A stretch of 64,000 nucleotides of DNA from a virus (taxonomy: Duplodnaviria; Heunggongvirae; Uroviricota; Caudoviricetes), in IMG/VR virus record IMGVR_UViG_3300017917_003727. The stretch is one strand, 5' to 3'. The position numbers and the translations under genes were made by a program. How positions within the stretch are numbered: position 1 is the stretch's first letter; the number at the start of each line of letters is the position of its first letter. The notes beneath the pieces are model-generated. The model saw nothing but the letters and a program-made list of their open reading frames with translations. It was not told where the DNA came from and did no database searches. This document shows positions 47,020 through 55,259 of this stretch, piece after piece.

Positions 47020-47247
47020 ATGGCTAAACCAATTCTTATTGTACGATTCCCACATATTGAAGGACAAAATTTTGATTTACATTTAAAACATTTATATGAA
47101 CACCAAATTGCAAGTGAATATCATGTATTGGTGACAAAGGAAAATGGTGTTAGTAGAGTTGAATTTGAAACCCATAATGTTTTAAACGCAACCGATATTG
47201 ATTTGGAACAACTTAGAAACGAATTACAAGAACAATTTAATAAATAA
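47020..47247 (+). CDS. Hypothetical protein
   Basis: 75-aa ORF. Confidence 0.35.
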   Translation: MAKPILIVRFPHIEGQNFDLHLKHLYEHQIASEYHVLVTKENGVSRVEFETHNVLNATDIDLEQLRNELQEQFNK

Positions 47248-47251
47248 TACT

Positions 47252-47518
47252 ATGCCTGAATTTGAAACTTACGTAGACGTTGACATTGATGACTTTTTGA
47301 ACGCTTGCTCTAACAGAGAAAGAGACGACCTGATTGATGCTTTGGAAGAAGATGGTTGGGTTAAAAGAGTTGCAAGAAGAGGTGCCAAAACTAATGAACA
47401 AGGACCATCCATTTTAGAAATGGAATGGCAAGAAATGTGTAACAAGTTGTCCGATATTAGATTACGTATTTCACGTGATGACGAAGAAACAATTAAAACA
47501 ATTTTAGAAAGATATTAA
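47252..47518 (+). CDS. Acidic hypothetical protein
   Basis: ATG 47252 just after the upstream stop; ORF-track start 47198 is probably too far upstream. Confidence 0.35.
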   Translation: MPEFETYVDVDIDDFLNACSNRERDDLIDALEEDGWVKRVARRGAKTNEQGPSILEMEWQEMCNKLSDIRLRISRDDEETIKTILERY

Positions 47519-47519
47519 T

Positions 47520-47822
47520 ATGGAACTTAAAACAAAAGAAAGATTATTTTTTACAGGTTTATTCCTGTGGGTAGTTATGATGATATTTGTAGCGCTTACA
47601 TTTACAAGTTGTCAGAACAAAACAAGAGTTAAATCGGTTGATACCGAAACATTAATCATAGATTCAATTTGGGTTAAAAAACCTGGTGAAATTAATACTA
47701 TGCAAACAGACTATAGATATTTTGCAAGACTCACAAATGGAAAAGAAATTATGGTAAATAGTTTTACAAAGGTTGGAGATACAGTACACTTTGTTTTTTA
47801 TAATTTGGAAAAATACAAATAA
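47520..47822 (+). CDS. Small membrane-anchored protein
   Basis: N-terminal TM helix. Confidence 0.35.
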   Translation: MELKTKERLFFTGLFLWVVMMIFVALTFTSCQNKTRVKSVDTETLIIDSIWVKKPGEINTMQTDYRYFARLTNGKEIMVNSFTKVGDTVHFVFYNLEKYK

Positions 47823-47835
47823 TTCGGTAACTTTG
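47805..47835 (+). promoter_or_regulatory. Promoter TTGGAA-N17-TAACTTTG, ATG 4 nt downstream
   Basis: Conserved module. Confidence 0.45.
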
Positions 47836-47839
47836 CATT

Positions 47840-47998
47840 ATGAAAACAATAATTGTATTAGTTATTCTTTGTTGCAACTCACAAAGTGAAAGTGGCTACA
47901 AGTATGAAGCGAAGAATTTGACCACAAATCAAACAGGTGATTTTTACACCAAAGTTAAATATAACGAAGGTGATACGGTAAAAATAGAAATAAAATAA
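47840..47998 (+). CDS. Small putative lipoprotein (52 aa)
   Basis: MKTIIVLVILCCNSQSE signal/lipobox-like N-terminus; below the ORF-track cutoff. Confidence 0.3.
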   Translation: MKTIIVLVILCCNSQSESGYKYEAKNLTTNQTGDFYTKVKYNEGDTVKIEIK

Positions 47999-47999
47999 G

Positions 48000-49013
48000 A
48001 TGGAAAGAAAATTAGCAACAATCAGGATTATTACGGACATCAGACCTATTGAAGGTGCTGATAAGATTGAACTTGCCAGTGTTGGCGGTTGGAATGTTGT
48101 TGTTGCCAAAGATGTTGGACATAAGGTTAACGATATGGTAATTTATTGTGAGATTGATTCTTTTCTTCCAATTAGAGAAGAGTTTGAATTCTTACGTAAA
48201 TCGTCTTACAAGAAAATGGGTGACCAAGAAGGTTTCCGTCTGAAAACTATTAAACTTCGTGGTCAGGTTTCTCAGGGACTTATTCTTCCTATTCACGTTT
48301 TACCTTTGGGTGAAATGGTTCACGAAGGTCAGGATGTAACCGAAATGTTGGGTATTGTTAAATATGAACCACCAATTCCTGCAGAACTTGCTGGTAAAGT
48401 TAAAGGTCAGTTCCCATCATTCTTACAAAAGACCGATGAAGAAAGGGTTCAAAACTTGGTTGGTGAATATGAGAAATATAAATTAACTTCTTCTCATCAG
48501 TTTTATGTTACTGAAAAACTTGATGGTTCATCCTCAACATTCTACATCAAAGATGGTGAGTTCGGTGTATGTTCTCGTAATTTAGAATTACTTGAAACGG
48601 AAGGTAACACGTTTTGGAAAGTAGCTCGTGAAATGAACTTGGAAGAAAAACTTAAATCAACAGGTAAAAACATTTGTTTACAAGGTGAACTGATTGGTGA
48701 AGGCATTCAAGGAAATCCATACAAGATTAAAGGTCATAGAGTTATGTTCTTCAACGCCTTTGATATTGATAAACACCAAAGAATGACCATGCCTCAGTTC
48801 TTAGAACTTATGGAAAGTTTAGAACTCCAACACGTACCATGTTTAGAATTACCTTTCTTGTTACCAAGTACAGTTGAAGGTATGTTAAAATATGCTGAGG
48901 GAACATCTGTACTTAACAGACAGACTGAAAGGGAAGGTGTTGTAGTAAGGTCTTACGATAATAAGATTAGTTTCAAAGCAATTTCTAACAAATTTTTGTT
49001 GGAGGAAAAATAA
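48000..49013 (+). CDS. ATP-dependent RNA ligase, Rnl5-like (N-terminal OB-like domain plus nucleotidyltransferase)
   Basis: KxDG motif I (VTEKLDGSSSTFY) and N-terminal IRII...ADKIELASVGGWNVVV domain as in DraRnl/NgrRnl-type ligases. Confidence 0.55.
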   Translation: MERKLATIRIITDIRPIEGADKIELASVGGWNVVVAKDVGHKVNDMVIYCEIDSFLPIREEFEFLRKSSYKKMGDQEGFRLKTIKLRGQVSQGLILPIHVLPLGEMVHEGQDVTEMLGIVKYEPPIPAELAGKVKGQFPSFLQKTDEERVQNLVGEYEKYKLTSSHQFYVTEKLDGSSSTFYIKDGEFGVCSRNLELLETEGNTFWKVAREMNLEEKLKSTGKNICLQGELIGEGIQGNPYKIKGHRVMFFNAFDIDKHQRMTMPQFLELMESLELQHVPCLELPFLLPSTVEGMLKYAEGTSVLNRQTEREGVVVRSYDNKISFKAISNKFLLEEK

Positions 49014-49014
49014 A

Positions 49015-49206
49015 ATGATTACATTTGAATTAAACGAAAAACAAGAAAAAGAACTTAAAGAATGGCAAGAGGCAATTAAAAAAGTATTCGGCGAATACGG
49101 TTCATTTGATTATATCTTTACACCTACTGGTATAGGTAATTGTGTTAAAGTTTATAGTCACTTAGCCAAAACAGAATTGGAATTGACAGATGTTGACTCT
49201 TGGTAA
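49015..49206 (+). CDS. Small hypothetical protein
   Basis: 63-aa ORF. Confidence 0.3.
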   Translation: MITFELNEKQEKELKEWQEAIKKVFGEYGSFDYIFTPTGIGNCVKVYSHLAKTELELTDVDSW

Positions 49207-49228
49207 AAAATTTAATATAATTAACATT

Positions 49229-49666
49229 ATGAACATAAAACAAGCATTGAAAGAAAAAAACAAATTGGCGAAGAAGATTACCGATTTGATGGACAGAGTG
49301 AACAGATATAACTCAATTGATGAGGGTGGTGTTCGTTCATACGAGCCTGAGACAACATTGAGAGTTGCAACCGATTACGTTGAAGAATTGGTTGAACTTA
49401 AAACAAAAATTCACAAAGCAAATGCTGAGGTATATGAGAAGATTTTCCGTATGTCTGAGTACAAGTCATTTGTGAAATATTTGAGGTCTTTGAACTGTAC
49501 CGAAGGAACTTTAGTTCAAAGAGGGTATGGTGACACAACCACTCGTCAAATGACCACAGTAATCACTGAGGTTCAAAGAGACCAAATGGTTGAAAGATAT
49601 GAGTCAATGATTGACCAAATTCAATCTGAGTTGGATGCTCACAATGCAACCACTCAGATAGATTAA
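49229..49666 (+). CDS. Hypothetical protein
   Basis: ATG 49229; ORF-track start 49190 is probably too far upstream. Confidence 0.4.
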   Translation: MNIKQALKEKNKLAKKITDLMDRVNRYNSIDEGGVRSYEPETTLRVATDYVEELVELKTKIHKANAEVYEKIFRMSEYKSFVKYLRSLNCTEGTLVQRGYGDTTTRQMTTVITEVQRDQMVERYESMIDQIQSELDAHNATTQID

Positions 49667-49851
49667 GACCTTGTGGTTGTTGTCAGTGTGTAAGTTTTTA
49701 TAGGTATCCACCTATTTACATCATTCTACTAGACATGTGATATTTGAAACTGATACGTATTCAACATTCAGAAGTTCAACAGGTCAACAGATTCATTCCT
49801 CAATAACCTCAAAACTCTTTTGGAATAATTTATAACACGGACAGCCACAGA

Positions 49852-49878
49852 CCCTCACCCAAAAGGTGGGGGTTTTTT
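49852..49878 (+). terminator. Rho-independent terminator, 'CCCTCAC...GTGGGGG' family copy 1
   Basis: CCCTCACC-caaaa-GGTGGGGG then T6. Confidence 0.65.
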
Positions 49879-49889
49879 AAATAAACTAA

Positions 49890-49918
49890 TTGACAATAAA
49901 ATAAAAAAATACTATAAT
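49890..49918 (+). promoter_or_regulatory. Sigma-70-consensus-like promoter TTGACA-N17-TATAAT
   Basis: Exact hexamers and spacing, 10 nt upstream of the YceI gene. Confidence 0.45.
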
Positions 49919-49928
49919 TTAAACACTT

Positions 49929-50453
49929 ATGAAAAGAATGACAATTGACAACACCCACTCAGAGATTGGGTTTAAAGTAAGACATCTTATGATTTCAACA
50001 GTTAAAGGTAATTTTAATACTTTTTCTGGTGGAATACAAGAAGACGGAAACGTATTTGTATCCATAAACGTTGGTTCAATCAATACAGGTAACGTAGACC
50101 GAGATAATCATCTTAAGTCTGCCGATTTCTTCAACTCTGAAGAATACCCTACAATTAATTTTGGAGGTAAGATGAGTGAAGACATGTCTACTGTTACAGG
50201 TGAGATTACAATCAAAGGGATAACCAAAGAAGTTACACTTAACACCGAATATAACGGTATGGGTGTTGACCCTTGGGGAAACACAAAGCACGGATGGGAA
50301 ATTACAGGTTCAATCAACCGTAATGATTTTGGTCTTACATGGAACGCTCCACTTGAAACAGGTGGTGTATTGTTAAGTGAAGAAGTTAAACTTAGCATTG
50401 ACGTTCAGATGGTAGAAGTTGTGGAAGAAATGGCTGTAGAATCAGCTGAATAA
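49929..50453 (+). CDS. YceI-family protein (moron-like insert)
   Basis: YceI-like blocks (FKVRHLMISTVKGNF, SINTGNVDRDNHLKSADFF, RNDFGLTWN); own promoter and terminators on both sides. Confidence 0.6.
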   Translation: MKRMTIDNTHSEIGFKVRHLMISTVKGNFNTFSGGIQEDGNVFVSINVGSINTGNVDRDNHLKSADFFNSEEYPTINFGGKMSEDMSTVTGEITIKGITKEVTLNTEYNGMGVDPWGNTKHGWEITGSINRNDFGLTWNAPLETGGVLLSEEVKLSIDVQMVEVVEEMAVESAE

Positions 50454-50477
50454 TCTTCACTCAATTAAAACATTAAA

Positions 50478-50504
50478 ACCCTCACTCAAAAGGTGGGGGT
50501 TTTT
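50478..50504 (+). terminator. Rho-independent terminator, family copy 2
   Basis: CCCTCAC-tcaaaa-GGTGGGGG then T5. Confidence 0.65.
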
Positions 50505-50516
50505 GTATTTATAGAC

Positions 50517-50708
50517 ATGAAGGAATTCATCAAATTTTTAATTATTTGGATTGCTAGTAACCTTTCAATACCCTTTTGGGTTATTGGACATGTTCATTTA
50601 ACCATGAATATTTATCAAGATATCTACGAGATTATTGCTTCTTTTGGTATGAATATTATTGTTGCTTTAGGTTTTTGGTTAGATTGGAAATCACAGAAAA
50701 AAACATAA
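50517..50708 (+). CDS. Small membrane protein
   Basis: Two hydrophobic helices; ATG 50517 in frame within ORF-track 50493. Confidence 0.35.
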   Translation: MKEFIKFLIIWIASNLSIPFWVIGHVHLTMNIYQDIYEIIASFGMNIIVALGFWLDWKSQKKT

Positions 50709-50775
50709 CATATTGTTAATATTTAATTAACACTATTACAAGATTTTTTTACTACTTATTGGTGGTAAAAAATTT

Positions 50776-53007
50776 ATGTCATTACTATACATAGCACTAT
50801 TCAACCTAATACCAGGTCCGATAGACACAGCAAAAGCTGAAACCATTGGTCAAGTTACCGTCAAGGCTTCGTCAAAAAAAGAAACAGTATCTTCTGTAAT
50901 TAATATTCAAAGAAAGAGTTTAACAATAATGGATGCAGTGTCATCCGAATCAATTAAAAAAACACCTGACAGAACAATTGGGGATGTTTTAAAAAGAGTT
51001 GGTGGTACATCAATACAAAATGATAAGTTTGTAGTTGTTAGGGGTCTTGCTGATAGATACAATTCGGTTTTAGTAAATGGTTCAATCATAGGTTCAACAG
51101 AACCTGATAGGAAATCATTTTCATTTGATTTAATACCATCAAATACAATTGATAATTTAGTTGTTTACAAAACCGCATCACCTGATTTACCTGGTGATTT
51201 TTCAGGTGGAGTAATAAAACTAACAACTAAAGTGGTAGACTCAAAATCAAAATCATTTGATTTTGGATTAGGATATGGAACGTTAAGTTCTTTTAGAAAT
51301 TCTTGGCAAATATCATCATATGTTTTACCTAATAATTTTTTAACTACCAAAGAATTTAGAGCATTATCAAGTGAGGCAAGACACGTAGAGTCACAAAAAA
51401 TAACACAATCTTTTAACCCAACACAAGGATTTAATATCCCTAATTTGACTCTTGTTTATAATCAGGGTAACATGACCAAAAAGTTTTCTTATTTGACAAA
51501 TTTTACATTAAGAAATTCACATAATATTACCACAACACAAAGAAAAGATTATATGTCGGGTAATGATTTAATGTATGATTATACCGACAAGATTTATACT
51601 AACACAACAAGTTTTGGTGGAATTGTAAATTTGAAGTATAAAAAATATGATTTTAAAAATAATATTAATTATTTGAATGAAAATTCTATTACAAATAGAA
51701 ACGGAATTAACTTTGATAATGAACAGTTAATTACAAGTAGTAGTTCTAATCACAATAGAAAGTTTATTTTGATGTCACAATTTGTGACCCCAAAGTACTC
51801 ATTTAATTATACATTGTTACACAGAAGTCAGCCAGATTATAGAGTTAATCCATTTGCCAAGAACATCACATCAAATGGTGATAGTTCGTTTGTATGGAGA
51901 GATTCTTACAGGTTTTGGAGTACCATGAACGAACACACTTTTGGTGGTTATTACAACGATACGATTGGTAAATTCAAATATGGTTTCTACGAACAATTAA
52001 AATACAGAAATTTTGGAGCGAGAGTTTTCAGATACGAACCAAATTACATTTTAAGTGAAATTACGAACAACACCGACAAGTATAATGCATATTCTAACTT
52101 ACTTTCAGGATATGGAATGTATTCTAAAACTTATAATAAGTTTACTACATCAGGTGGAATAAGAATTGAAAATCAAATATTCAAAGTTAATACATATGAT
52201 TTTAGTGGGAGACCACAACAAGTTAATAGAAATTATCTTGATGTATTACCATCATTAAACTTAATCTATGGTGTTAGGAATAATAAAAATATTAGAGCTT
52301 CAGTTAGTAGGACAGTTGCTAGACCTGAGTTTAGAGAAGTAAGTAATTTCTCTTTCTATGACTTTGTTAGAAACGCACAAGTAATTGGAAACCCAAAGTT
52401 ATTAAGAACACAAATAACTAATATTGATTTAAGATACGAGATATATCCATCATCAAAAGAAATTATCACATTCTCAACATTCTATAAAAAATTTACAAAT
52501 CCAATTGAACAAATTGTTGATAATGGTTCGGTACCAAGCAACTTAATTTTAACATTATCTAACCCTAAACAAGCAACAATATACGGTGGAGAATTGGAAA
52601 TAAGGAAATCAATTAATAACAATTTCACAATATATTCCAACTTGTCTTATTTTAAATCTGAAGTTAATATTCAAGGGAGAACAAGACAATTGCAAGGACA
52701 ATCACCATACATTATCAACACAGGATTGTATTATACAAAAGGAAAGTACTCTGTTAATATGTTCTATAATAGAATTGGAGAAAGAATATCGGCAGTAGGA
52801 TTTCAAGGGTATCCCGACATTTATGAAAATGCAAGGGATGTAATTGACTTGACAATTCAATACCAAACAAAGAAGATATCAATTAAATTTGGTGTGTCAG
52901 ACTTGTTAGGGCAATACTCAAAGTTTTATCAAAATAATCAAAATAGAACATTAATTAAAACAAATAACGAACAAACAATAAATCTAAATATAAATTACAA
53001 ATTATGA
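50776..53007 (+). CDS. TonB-dependent receptor-like outer-membrane protein (plug plus beta-barrel)
   Basis: Plug-domain blocks (VRGLADRYNSVLVNGS, RKSFSFDLIPS, VYKTASPDLPGDFSGGVIKLTTK); long Y/N/T-rich barrel-like remainder; atypical N- and C-termini. Confidence 0.55.
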   Translation: MSLLYIALFNLIPGPIDTAKAETIGQVTVKASSKKETVSSVINIQRKSLTIMDAVSSESIKKTPDRTIGDVLKRVGGTSIQNDKFVVVRGLADRYNSVLVNGSIIGSTEPDRKSFSFDLIPSNTIDNLVVYKTASPDLPGDFSGGVIKLTTKVVDSKSKSFDFGLGYGTLSSFRNSWQISSYVLPNNFLTTKEFRALSSEARHVESQKITQSFNPTQGFNIPNLTLVYNQGNMTKKFSYLTNFTLRNSHNITTTQRKDYMSGNDLMYDYTDKIYTNTTSFGGIVNLKYKKYDFKNNINYLNENSITNRNGINFDNEQLITSSSSNHNRKFILMSQFVTPKYSFNYTLLHRSQPDYRVNPFAKNITSNGDSSFVWRDSYRFWSTMNEHTFGGYYNDTIGKFKYGFYEQLKYRNFGARVFRYEPNYILSEITNNTDKYNAYSNLLSGYGMYSKTYNKFTTSGGIRIENQIFKVNTYDFSGRPQQVNRNYLDVLPSLNLIYGVRNNKNIRASVSRTVARPEFREVSNFSFYDFVRNAQVIGNPKLLRTQITNIDLRYEIYPSSKEIITFSTFYKKFTNPIEQIVDNGSVPSNLILTLSNPKQATIYGGELEIRKSINNNFTIYSNLSYFKSEVNIQGRTRQLQGQSPYIINTGLYYTKGKYSVNMFYNRIGERISAVGFQGYPDIYENARDVIDLTIQYQTKKISIKFGVSDLLGQYSKFYQNNQNRTLIKTNNEQTINLNINYKL

Positions 53008-54224
53008 AAAAATTGATTCCATTTATCATGGTATTATTATTGGGTTTGGGTTCATGTAAACCCGAAGAACCAATAGTTCCAACTGCAAACACTGAACTTG
53101 TTGGAACATTAACTGAAAACAAAACTTTAACTGCGGACAAAGTTTGGAGTCTTAAAGGTTATGTTTATGTACCTGAAGGTATTACATTAACTATTGAAGC
53201 GGGAACCAAAATTGTTAGTGACGTTACTGAAAAAGGTGCATTGTGTATTGAAAGAGGTGCTAAAATTTATGCTAATGGAACTGCGGACCAACCAATTATT
53301 TTTACATCAGGACAGTCTTCACCAAAACCTGGTGATTGGGGTGGATTGATAATTTTAGGAAACGCTCCAACTAATAAACCAAATCCAACAATTGAAGGTG
53401 GTGTAGGTAGACCCTATGGTGGTGTTGATGAAAGTGACAACAGTGGTGTGTTAAAGTATGTAAGAGTTGAATACGCTGGTATCGCGGCATTTCCTGGTTC
53501 TGAAATTAACGCATTCACATTTGGTGGTGTAGGAAAAGGAACTGTAGTTGATTACTGTGAATCTTACTACGCTAATGATGACGCATTTGAATTCTTTGGT
53601 GGTAATGTAAACTGTTCACATTTAGTGGCTGTTGGAACTGCTGATGATGATTATGATTTTGACTTTGGATATACAGGTACAATAAAATTTGCAATATCAA
53701 AAAGAGACCCATTATTTGTTGATATGGCAGATGCGGGTAATGGTATTGAGTGTGATAATGATGGTACTGGTTCCGTTGCAATTCCAATAACAAAACCTAA
53801 TTTACAAAATTTCACTCTTATTGGTCCTATAGAGTCAACATCTTTATCAAATCACAACTTAGCAATGAGATGGAGAAGAGGAACTGCATTTAATGTTCAA
53901 TATTCTATTTTCTATGGATACATGAAAGGTGGTTTTAGTATTGAATCTGACATCACCGCAGGGTATTTTAATACAGGTATGAGTACAATGTTCAATAATT
54001 ACATATCATCTGTGGATACCGTAAATACAATAAAAACAAGTTCAACATTATTAACAAAAGAAAACATGTTAGCTCTTTGTAGTAAACAAGGAACAATAAT
54101 AACAAGCTCACAAGTTAAACCTTTTGATAATAATTTCCAAACAATTTCAAGTGTGGTAAATGGACAGTGGGGAGCAATCCCTTCGGGTTCCTCAATTTGG
54201 ACTTTGGGTTGGACAAAATTTTAA
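53004..54224 (+). CDS. Lipoprotein, beta-helix-like
   Basis: Signal plus lipobox (LLLGLGSC); G/T/N-rich repetitive beta-strand composition. Confidence 0.45.
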   Translation: MKKLIPFIMVLLLGLGSCKPEEPIVPTANTELVGTLTENKTLTADKVWSLKGYVYVPEGITLTIEAGTKIVSDVTEKGALCIERGAKIYANGTADQPIIFTSGQSSPKPGDWGGLIILGNAPTNKPNPTIEGGVGRPYGGVDESDNSGVLKYVRVEYAGIAAFPGSEINAFTFGGVGKGTVVDYCESYYANDDAFEFFGGNVNCSHLVAVGTADDDYDFDFGYTGTIKFAISKRDPLFVDMADAGNGIECDNDGTGSVAIPITKPNLQNFTLIGPIESTSLSNHNLAMRWRRGTAFNVQYSIFYGYMKGGFSIESDITAGYFNTGMSTMFNNYISSVDTVNTIKTSSTLLTKENMLALCSKQGTIITSSQVKPFDNNFQTISSVVNGQWGAIPSGSSIWTLGWTKF

Positions 54225-54342
54225 AAAAAAATATTTTTGTATTGATACTTTATAATTGTCAAATATATTTATTTCTGATGAAAAAATTGAGACGACATAA
54301 TTATCGAACACAAATAAACAATATTAATATATTATCATTTAA

Positions 54343-54372
54343 ATCCCTTCTCTAATGAAGGGATTTTTTTTG
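54343..54372 (+). terminator. Rho-independent terminator
   Basis: ATCCCTTC-tctaat-GAAGGGAT then T8. Confidence 0.6.
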
Positions 54373-54383
54373 CCCATACGAAT

Positions 54384-55214
54384 ATGAAAAACACAGAAAT
54401 ATATAACGAACTAGTACAGAAGATGAGAGAATTCTTCTTAAAGAGAAATTTCAAAGAAGTTCCTACACAAAGTAGACTATCAATCTTGGCGGCTTGTGAA
54501 AACCCACATTCAGTAAAAACATTTGAATATGGTGGATTACAATGGCCATTACCACAAACAGGCCAAATGTGGTTGGAACATGAACTATTAAAAAACCCTG
54601 AATGGGACGGAGTATTTTGTATTTCAACTTCTTACAGGGAAGAAAAAAATCCAATTGAAGGAAGACACGAAATGATATTCCCAATGTTTGAATTCGAATC
54701 AAAAGGAACTATGAGAGAACTTCACCAACTTGAAGTTAGATTACTTGAACATTTAGGTTTTGAAACACCAGCAATTTGTAAATACGATGATGTTTGTCAA
54801 GAGTATGGTGGTGTTGAAATACTTGAAAACGAACATGAACAAAGAATGTGGGAAGAAAAAGGACCTGTAGTTTCATTACAAAACTTTCCATTAAGAACAA
54901 ACCCATTTTGGAATATGAAACATGGTGGAAATAACATTTATAATAAAATTGATGTTATTCTTTACGGTCAAGAAACAATTGGTTCTGCAGAGAGAAGTTG
55001 TGATGTTGAAGAAATGAAAAACAATTTTTACACAATTGAAAATGGTGCTTACTGTGCAAAGTTGTTTGAATTGTTTGGAAAAGAAAGAGTAGAGAAAGAA
55101 CTTGAAGAATTCTTATCGCTTAATTTCTTCCCGAGATTTGGTGGAGGTATTGGAATGACAAGAATGGCTCGGGCTTACGAATTGATGAAACAAGAACAAC
55201 TACAGATGGTGTAA
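54384..55214 (+). CDS. Class II aminoacyl-tRNA-synthetase-like ligase (AsnA/aspartate-ammonia-ligase-like or EpmA-like)
   Basis: Motif 2 YREEKNPIEGRHEMIFPMFEFE and motif 3 GGGIGMTRM of the class II core; no anticodon-binding domain. Confidence 0.5.
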   Translation: MKNTEIYNELVQKMREFFLKRNFKEVPTQSRLSILAACENPHSVKTFEYGGLQWPLPQTGQMWLEHELLKNPEWDGVFCISTSYREEKNPIEGRHEMIFPMFEFESKGTMRELHQLEVRLLEHLGFETPAICKYDDVCQEYGGVEILENEHEQRMWEEKGPVVSLQNFPLRTNPFWNMKHGGNNIYNKIDVILYGQETIGSAERSCDVEEMKNNFYTIENGAYCAKLFELFGKERVEKELEEFLSLNFFPRFGGGIGMTRMARAYELMKQEQLQMV

Positions 55215-55222
55215 AAATAACA

Positions 55223-55249
55223 AACCCTCACTTAACGGTGGGGGTTTTT
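55223..55249 (+). terminator. Rho-independent terminator, family copy 3
   Basis: CCCTCAC-ttaac-GGTGGGGG then T6. Confidence 0.65.
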
Positions 55250-55259
55250 TATTTAAAAA

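Noticed and set aside
47879-48109. Minus-strand 76-aa ORF overlapping the small lipoprotein gene and the RNA ligase start
   Set aside because: It overlaps two plus-strand genes that have promoter or domain support, and its hydrophobic low-complexity translation is typical of AT-rich antisense frames.
54167-54355. ORF 54167-54355 (62 aa) as a gene
   Set aside because: It overlaps the end of the lipoprotein gene, spans an AT-rich intergenic spacer and the terminator hairpin, and has poor sequence complexity. It is more likely non-coding.
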